NCBI GenBank assembly: GCA_963732385.1
Contig: CAVSZB010000003.1
Location: 256,001 to 320,000 of the forward strand
DNA length: 64,000 nt
Direction of reading: 5' to 3'
Source: an uncultured bacterium
GTDB taxonomy: Bacteria; Krumholzibacteriota; Krumholzibacteriia; LZORAL124-64-63
Of this stretch, positions 58,162 to 64,000 are shown piece after piece. A program made the translations under genes and the position numbers. Below the pieces are notes generated by a model. That model searched no databases and was not told the origin of the DNA. It saw only the letters and a program-made list of their open reading frames with translations. The number at the start of each line of letters is the position of its first letter. The stretch's first letter is position 1.

Positions 58162-58352
58162 CCTGCGGGGGCGGTTGCGGGCAGGACGCCGTGCCGCAAC
58201 GTTCCTTGTTGCCTGCTGCTTTGACTATGACCTACATAGCTACGCAGAGAATTGACTTTGACGTCGCGCATAAAGTTTATTATGCTTCAAAAACGTACGG
58301 TCGGTATCTGGCCGACAGTTCCAGGTGTCCGCAGTCCCGAGGTCCCGCCGAA

Positions 58353-58691
58353 ATGGAAAAAAAGCTGTACGAAATGCAGGCCGAGCTCTGCAAGACCCTT
58401 TCCAACCCCAAGCGGCTGGAAATTCTCGATATATTGAAGGAGGAGAGGGAGATCTCGGTCAATCGCCTCGCCGAGCGGCTCGAAATCCCCAAGGCGAACA
58501 CCTCGCAGCACCTGGCAGTGCTGAGGCAGGCCGGCGTGGTGGCGACCCGCAAGGACGGCATCAACGTCCACTACAGCCTGCGTTCCACGAAGATCTCCGA
58601 AGCGTGCAGCTTGACCCGCGCCATCCTGCTGGAGAAATTGGAAGATCAGGCCGGGCTCAGCACCCTGATCCGCAAGGACAGCGACTCCTGA
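58353..58691 (+). CDS. ArsR/SmtB family regulator
   Basis: LCKTLSNPKRLEIL, SQHLAVLRQAGVV, two Cys. Confidence 0.9.
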   Translation: MEKKLYEMQAELCKTLSNPKRLEILDILKEEREISVNRLAERLEIPKANTSQHLAVLRQAGVVATRKDGINVHYSLRSTKISEACSLTRAILLEKLEDQAGLSTLIRKDSDS

Positions 58692-58743
58692 CGGTCGCGC
58701 CGGCGGGCCATTGGGGCCAGCACACCTGCGGGCGGAGGAAACC

Positions 58744-60090
58744 GTGACGCAGCCGCTTTCGGTGCGCTTTCTGCAGATTTCCGATGTTCATCTGGGTGCC
58801 TCGATGGCCGCATCGCGTCTCGGCTATCCGCCGGAGCGGGCCGCGCAGCGGGCGGCCGAGGTGCAGGCGGCGTTCGCCGGGGCGATGCGCCTGGCGATCG
58901 AGGAGCGGTGCGACGGCGTGCTGCTGCCGGGCGACCTGTTCGACGGCGAGGCGGTGGATGACGCGGTAGCCGCGGCGGCCTTCGCGGCGATCCGCGAACT
59001 GGCGCCGCTGCCGGTATTCCTCACCCCCGGCAATCACGATCCCTACTCTCCCGAGGGCCCGTATGGTGAGGCGCGCTGGCGCCTGCTGGCCGGTGGCGAG
59101 GGGCCGCCCGCGAACCTCGTGCTGTTTCGTGAAGAGCGGTTCGTTACCGTGCCGTGGCCCGGACGGCCCGACGTCACCGTGACCGGCGCCGCGTTCCTGC
59201 GCCCGACCGCAGTGCGCGAGCGGCGGCTGCAGCAGACGGTGGTGGACCCTGCGTCCCTGGCACCAGACCGCATCCATCTCGCCCTGCTGCACGGCTCGCG
59301 CGACGACTCCGGACTTCTCCAGGCCCACAAGGCCACCCTCCCGTTCAGCGCGGCGGAACTCGCGGCGCAGCCGTTCGACTACGTCGCCGTCGGGCACTAC
59401 CACAGTTCGGCGCCGATCCTCGACCCCGCCACCGGGGAGGTGCGGGGCGGCTACGCCGGCATGCCGGCCTTTATCGGTCTCGACGAGGAGGGCGAGAAGA
59501 GCGTGCTGCTCGTCGAGGTGGATCTCAGCCCCGGCCCGTTGCGGCGCCGGGTCGTGCGGGCGCGCAACCGGGTGGTGGACCCGCGTCGTCTGCACCGGCT
59601 CGTTGTGGACGTGACCGGTCGGCGCGACATCGAACAGGCACGCGCGGCACTGGTTGAACAGTACGAGCGCGCCGGGGTGCGTCCGATCGACGCCGTGGCC
59701 GTGCGCTTCCAGGGCCGGCTCGCGGCGGAGCTGGGGCGCCAGGAGTTGCAGGAAATGGCGTCCGCATGGCTGTCCGGGCGTTGCTGGCACGCCGCGGCCT
59801 GGTGCTCGGGGATCGAACCGGACCTCGACGTGTCGCGCTTCCTCGAGGGGGAGTCGCGGACCCTGCAGGCGCTCTTCGCGCGCGAACTGGCGGCGCGCGC
59901 CGGAGATCCCGCGCTCGCGGTGCGCGAACGGGAGATTGCGCGGCGGGCGTTGGCCTATGGCATCGAGGCCCTGGAGACGGGGCGCATTCGCCGGCGGTGG
60001 GAGCCGGATGTGGCCGGGCCGGCCTGGAGCGCGGCGGCGGGCGACGCACCGCCGACCGTCCCCGAAACGAACGGGGGGGGCGGGGCGTGA
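58744..60090 (+). CDS. Mre11/SbcD-like metallophosphoesterase (YhaO-like)
   Basis: SDVHLG, GDLFD, PGNHD, LLHG, YVAVGHYH. Confidence 0.9.
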   Translation: MTQPLSVRFLQISDVHLGASMAASRLGYPPERAAQRAAEVQAAFAGAMRLAIEERCDGVLLPGDLFDGEAVDDAVAAAAFAAIRELAPLPVFLTPGNHDPYSPEGPYGEARWRLLAGGEGPPANLVLFREERFVTVPWPGRPDVTVTGAAFLRPTAVRERRLQQTVVDPASLAPDRIHLALLHGSRDDSGLLQAHKATLPFSAAELAAQPFDYVAVGHYHSSAPILDPATGEVRGGYAGMPAFIGLDEEGEKSVLLVEVDLSPGPLRRRVVRARNRVVDPRRLHRLVVDVTGRRDIEQARAALVEQYERAGVRPIDAVAVRFQGRLAAELGRQELQEMASAWLSGRCWHAAAWCSGIEPDLDVSRFLEGESRTLQALFARELAARAGDPALAVREREIARRALAYGIEALETGRIRRRWEPDVAGPAWSAAAGDAPPTVPETNGGGGA

Positions 60091-63000
60091 GATTTCTCTC
60101 GCTGCACGTGCGCGGCTTCGGAGGCCTGCGGCCGGGCGAGTACCGGTTCGGAGACCGCACGCTCGTCGTCGAGCCGAACTCCACCGGCAAGAGCACGCTG
60201 GCCGCGGCGTTGCGCGCCGCCCTCTACGGACTGGAAGGGGATCGTCGTCGCCAGCATGGCTTCACCGATCTCGAGGCCTGGGAGCCGTGGCGCGGTGGCG
60301 CCTACGGTCTGACGCTGCTGTTGCAGACGCGGGACGGCTTTTTCACCATCGAACGCGATTTCGCGCGCGCCGGCGGCCAGCTCACGGTGCGCGACACCAC
60401 CGGCGCCGACGTCACGGCGCGGTTCCTCGTCGGTCGTGGGCGAGACCGCGCCGGAGAACTGCTGGCCGGAGTTGGCGAGCCGGATTTCCTGCGGGCGGCG
60501 CTGGCCGCGGACCGGGCCTGGGGACAGCCGTGGCGCGACGGAGAGATCGGGCGGCTGACCGATCTGCTCGGGCAGGTCGTCAGCAGCGACGAGGGGGGAG
60601 GTCCGGCTGCCGCGGCTCTCGCCGCGTGTGACGAAGCGCTGCGCCAGTACGAGGGCGTGACCGTGAAGGGGGCGGCGAAGGTCGAAACCGAGATCCAGCG
60701 GATCGAGCTGCGGCTCGGGCAGATCCGCGCCGATCGCGAAGCGACCGAGCGGCGCCACGATGCCGCGCTGGCGACCCTCGCCCAGCTGGCGGAGTGGCGC
60801 GGACAGCTGGCCAGGCTCGACGCCGCGCTCGACCTCAACCGTCGCCGGCGCCTTGGCGCCCAGGCCGCGGCGCAACGGCGGGCGCTCGATGCGCGTTCCC
60901 GCGCGGAATCCGAACTGGCCCAGGCGCGCCGCCGCGTCGCCGCCCTGGCGCCCCTGGACGGATTTCCGCCCGGTCGCGAGGTGGAGCTGGCGGCGTGGGC
61001 CGAACGGTGCGCGCAGGGGGACCGCGAGGCGGACGTCCGGCGCCGACGCATGGAGGAGACGCTGCGTCCCGAACTGGCCCGGTTCGAGGCGGAGCTGGCC
61101 GACGCGGGCTTCGCCGGCGCGGGCGTACTGGGAGAGCTGGAGTCGGGGGTGGCGGCGCTGCTGGAGCGGGAGGCCCGTCTGGCAGAGTTGCGCGTCGAGC
61201 GCGACGCGCGACGCGCGCGCATCGCAGACGAAGGGGAAGACCCGGAACTGCAGGCCGCGGTGCACGCCGGCCTCGCCCGTCTTGGCGAGACCGAGCGCCG
61301 ATTCCTGCGCGAGCAGGAGCGTCTCGATTTCGAACGCGATGAAATTGCCACCCGCCTCGACCGGGACGAAAGCGCCGTGCGCGTCGCCATGTCAGAGTGG
61401 GCGGGCGCTGCGCGCGGACAGGCCCGTGGCCGCAATGCCGCCGGAGCCCTGGCGGTGGTCGGCGGCGCCGGCGCGCTGGGCGCCCTGCTGCTGCGGGAGA
61501 CCGGAGCGTCACCGCCATGGACGGTGCTGGAGGTCGCGCTGGGGATCGCCCTGCTCGGGGCGGGGCTGGCGGTCCGGCTGCACCGTCAAGGTGCGGCGCT
61601 GCGCCGCCGGTGCGAACTCCAGGGCACTGACCGACTGGCGGGTCTGGCCCGCGAACGGGAGGCCTTGCGTGAGCGCGAGGCGGTACGGCGCGATCGTCTC
61701 GCCGAACTTTCCCCGGTTCTGCTGCCGTCCCGTTGCGGAGAGCCGGCGTCAACCGCCGACGATCTGACTGCAATCTACCGCCGACACGAGTCGTTCCGCG
61801 TGCGCCACGATGACTGGTTCCGCCTCGCCGAACGCGGCGCCGAAGAGGAGGCGGAGATTGCGCGGCTGCACGCGCGGCTGGCGCCGTTCCTGGACGAGGG
61901 GGCGGCCGCCCCCCCGGCCGCCGGCCACACTGCCCGCCTGCAGGTCGAGCTGGCGCGCCGGCGACGCATCGTCGCCCTGGAAGAGAAGATCGCGCGCGCG
62001 CGCGCGGTCCTCGCGCAGGCCGGACGCGAAGAGGCCGAGCACGCGCAGCGCGCACTGGAGGCCGGCCGGCGCGCCGCCGCGATTCTCGCCGTGCTGCCGC
62101 CCGGCTGCCGCTTTGCGCCGCCCACCGCCGCCGATGCCGGCACTGTCCGCGACGAAATCGCCCGCCTGGTTCCCCTGTTCCGCGCCGATCCCGCCGGCGT
62201 CGCGGCCTGGTTCTCCGCGCGCGCCGCCGAGGCCGCGGAGGCTCTCCGCCTGGGCGACGAGTTGCTGCCGGCCCTCGAGCGGCGCCTCGCGGAACTGCCC
62301 GCGGCCGCCGAGTTGGCGCGCGCGTTGGCGGCGACGGAGGGCGAACTGGCGCTGCAGGCGGTCGCCGCCGCCGCTGCGACCGCGGCCAGGACGGCCGGGG
62401 AGGGTGACGAGGACTCCCCGCGTTTCGCGCCGGCGGAAACGCTGGCGGTGGACGAACTGCTGGCGCAGGGAGAAGCGCTGCAGGAGCGCCGGCGCGCACT
62501 GGCCGGCGAGATCGGCGAGCGCTCCCGCGGCGTGGCGGAAATCGAGCGCGAACGGCGCGCGCACCTGCCCGACCTTGCGCGCCAGGAACGGGAACTGGTC
62601 GCCTTTCTGCAGCGCGCCCGTGATTTCCGCGATGCCGTCACGCTGGCCCGCGAGATGATCGCGAAACACGCCGGTGACGTGTACGGTCGCTGGGCCGCCG
62701 TCCTCGACGCCGACGCCGCGCGTCTCGCCACCCGCCTCTGTCCCGAGATCGCCGGCGTGGCCTTCACGCCGGAACTCGATTACGTCGTCACCCTCGCCGA
62801 CGGTCGCCGTCTCGATGCCGCCCGCGCCGATCGCCAGCTCAGTCGTGGCGTGCGCGATCAACTCGTTCTGGCCGTTCGCCTGGCCCTGGCCCGCTTCCTT
62901 GCTCGCCCCGGCGAGCCGCTGCCGCTCCTGTTGGACGATCCTTTCGCCCACTACGACGACGCCCGCTTCCGCCGGGGCATGTCGGCCCTCGCCGAAGAGG

Positions 63001-63110
63001 CGTCGGGCCACCAGATCATCCTGCTGACCTGCCAGGCGGAGCGGCAGCGCTGGCTCCGCGAGGTCGCGCCTGAATCCTGCGGGCCCTGGACCCGGTTGGA
63101 GATCGGCTGA
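60087..63110 (+). CDS. YhaN/SbcC-like coiled-coil ATPase with central hydrophobic hairpin
   Basis: GTGA overlap; EPNSTGKSTL, long coiled coils, LSRGVRDQL, LLLDDPF. Confidence 0.88.
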   Translation: MRFLSLHVRGFGGLRPGEYRFGDRTLVVEPNSTGKSTLAAALRAALYGLEGDRRRQHGFTDLEAWEPWRGGAYGLTLLLQTRDGFFTIERDFARAGGQLTVRDTTGADVTARFLVGRGRDRAGELLAGVGEPDFLRAALAADRAWGQPWRDGEIGRLTDLLGQVVSSDEGGGPAAAALAACDEALRQYEGVTVKGAAKVETEIQRIELRLGQIRADREATERRHDAALATLAQLAEWRGQLARLDAALDLNRRRRLGAQAAAQRRALDARSRAESELAQARRRVAALAPLDGFPPGREVELAAWAERCAQGDREADVRRRRMEETLRPELARFEAELADAGFAGAGVLGELESGVAALLEREARLAELRVERDARRARIADEGEDPELQAAVHAGLARLGETERRFLREQERLDFERDEIATRLDRDESAVRVAMSEWAGAARGQARGRNAAGALAVVGGAGALGALLLRETGASPPWTVLEVALGIALLGAGLAVRLHRQGAALRRRCELQGTDRLAGLAREREALREREAVRRDRLAELSPVLLPSRCGEPASTADDLTAIYRRHESFRVRHDDWFRLAERGAEEEAEIARLHARLAPFLDEGAAAPPAAGHTARLQVELARRRRIVALEEKIARARAVLAQAGREEAEHAQRALEAGRRAAAILAVLPPGCRFAPPTAADAGTVRDEIARLVPLFRADPAGVAAWFSARAAEAAEALRLGDELLPALERRLAELPAAAELARALAATEGELALQAVAAAAATAARTAGEGDEDSPRFAPAETLAVDELLAQGEALQERRRALAGEIGERSRGVAEIERERRAHLPDLARQERELVAFLQRARDFRDAVTLAREMIAKHAGDVYGRWAAVLDADAARLATRLCPEIAGVAFTPELDYVVTLADGRRLDAARADRQLSRGVRDQLVLAVRLALARFLARPGEPLPLLLDDPFAHYDDARFRRGMSALAEEASGHQIILLTCQAERQRWLREVAPESCGPWTRLEIG

Positions 63111-63242
63111 GCCGAAACCGGTACGCCAGGCACAATTGCGGTGGCACAAGGAAAACATTGGCCGCCGCCGGCCTCAGGACCGATGATAGGTGGGTCGGCG
63201 ACCGGCCGTCACGATCACCTCACCCTGTTGAAAGGTGGGCCA

Positions 63243-63422
63243 TTGGCCAGGACGAACTTCAACTTCGAAAAGCGACGCAAGGAACTCGAGAAGAAAAAGA
63301 AGAAGGAAGCCAAGCAGTTGGCCAAGCAGGAGAAGAAGGCCAGGGGCGTCGGGGACATCGACGCCACGGCCGAGGGCGCGACCGAAGCAGAGCCGGCGCC
63401 CGAGCCCGGCCCCCTGCCCTAG
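63243..63422 (+). CDS. Small Lys-rich hypothetical protein (59 aa)
   Basis: TTG start after AAAGGTGG; ARTNFNFEKRRKELEKKKKKEAK followed by an acidic/Pro tail. Confidence 0.65.
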   Translation: MARTNFNFEKRRKELEKKKKKEAKQLAKQEKKARGVGDIDATAEGATEAEPAPEPGPLP

Positions 63423-63456
63423 AGTTACCGGCGGATTCCGCCCCGCGCGGCGTTGC

Positions 63457-64000
63457 TCACCGGAAAGCGAGCCAGGGCCGGTTCGCGCCGCGTTCGCCCG
63501 CCTCGCCGATCTCCACCGCGCAGGAAGCACCCGCGTCGAGGAGAGCGTCGGCCATTTCCGTAGCGCGGGCCGCCGGCACGGCCACGAGCAGGCCCCCCGA
63601 AGTCTGCGGATCATTGAGCAGATTGCGCATCACGGTGGTGACCGTGTCGGCGTAGTTCACGCCGGCGGCCGTGAACGAGGCGTTGGCCTGCGTGCCGCCG
63701 CAGGTGTGGCCGGCGGCGATCAGGGCCAGGGCGTCGGGGAAGCGGGGCAGACGCTCGGTGTCGATCGTCAGGGTCACGCCGGCGCCGCGCGCCATCTCCA
63801 GGGCGTGGCCGGTGAGTCCGAACCCGGTGACGTCGGTGGCGGCGGTGGCGCCGTGCGCGTGCATGGCCAGACCGGCGCGGTTGAGCTCCGCCATCGAGGC
63901 GACCAGCGCCCGGTAGCCGGGCGAACCGACCGGAAGCAGCCCCTTCTTGTGGGCGGTGGCGAGGGCGCTGGTGCCGAGCGGCTTGGTGAGAATCAGGCGG
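63457..64000 (-). CDS. selD: Selenide, water dikinase, 3' part (runs off the window end)
   Basis: LILTKPLGT, ATDVTGFGL.GH, DPQTSGGLL. Confidence 0.9.
   Translation of the reverse strand, partial: RLILTKPLGTSALATAHKKGLLPVGSPGYRALVASMAELNRAGLAMHAHGATAATDVTGFGLTGHALEMARGAGVTLTIDTERLPRFPDALALIAAGHTCGGTQANASFTAAGVNYADTVTTVMRNLLNDPQTSGGLLVAVPAARATEMADALLDAGASCAVEIGEAGERGANRPWLAFR

Overview
GC-rich bacterial window, probably from a long-read metagenome-assembled genome of an anaerobic diderm. The gene content is compatible with FCB-group candidate phyla, but this is inference only. About 55 genes are supported. 1-8.2 kb is an accessory, partly decayed islet: MerR-vWA module, internally deleted N-formylglutamate amidohydrolase, YhcG/DUF1016 nuclease, truncated ORF6N and Fic. 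It is followed by an archaeal-type HMG-CoA synthase/thiolase/DUF35 operon, GH20 hexosaminidase, rhodanese, rubrerythrin, OmpA, a THUMP methyltransferase, asnS, an NtrC-type two-component system, MacAB-like genes and oxidoreductases. The second half holds an MqsR-like/MqsA-like/ImmA triad, recQ, clpB, a porin + 12-heme + 22-heme cytochrome operon, a non-canonical Fic, a four-gene uncharacterised membrane operon (DUF6754-like), an RND/TolC/DUF2892 operon, ispH, ArsR, a YhaO/YhaN-like pair and partial selD. At least six apparent indels split genes, including asnS, and are probably assembly errors. The best novelty candidates are (i) the four-gene membrane complex, (ii) the porin-cytochrome conduit with a repeat-expanded 22-heme lipoprotein, (iii) the toxin-antitoxin-ImmA protease triad and (iv) perfect palindromes inside the yhcG and ORF6N coding regions, with a compensatorily mutated free copy upstream of yhcG. 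No rRNA, tRNA, CRISPR array, integrase or transposase was recognised. All family assignments come from motif recognition by eye, not database searches.
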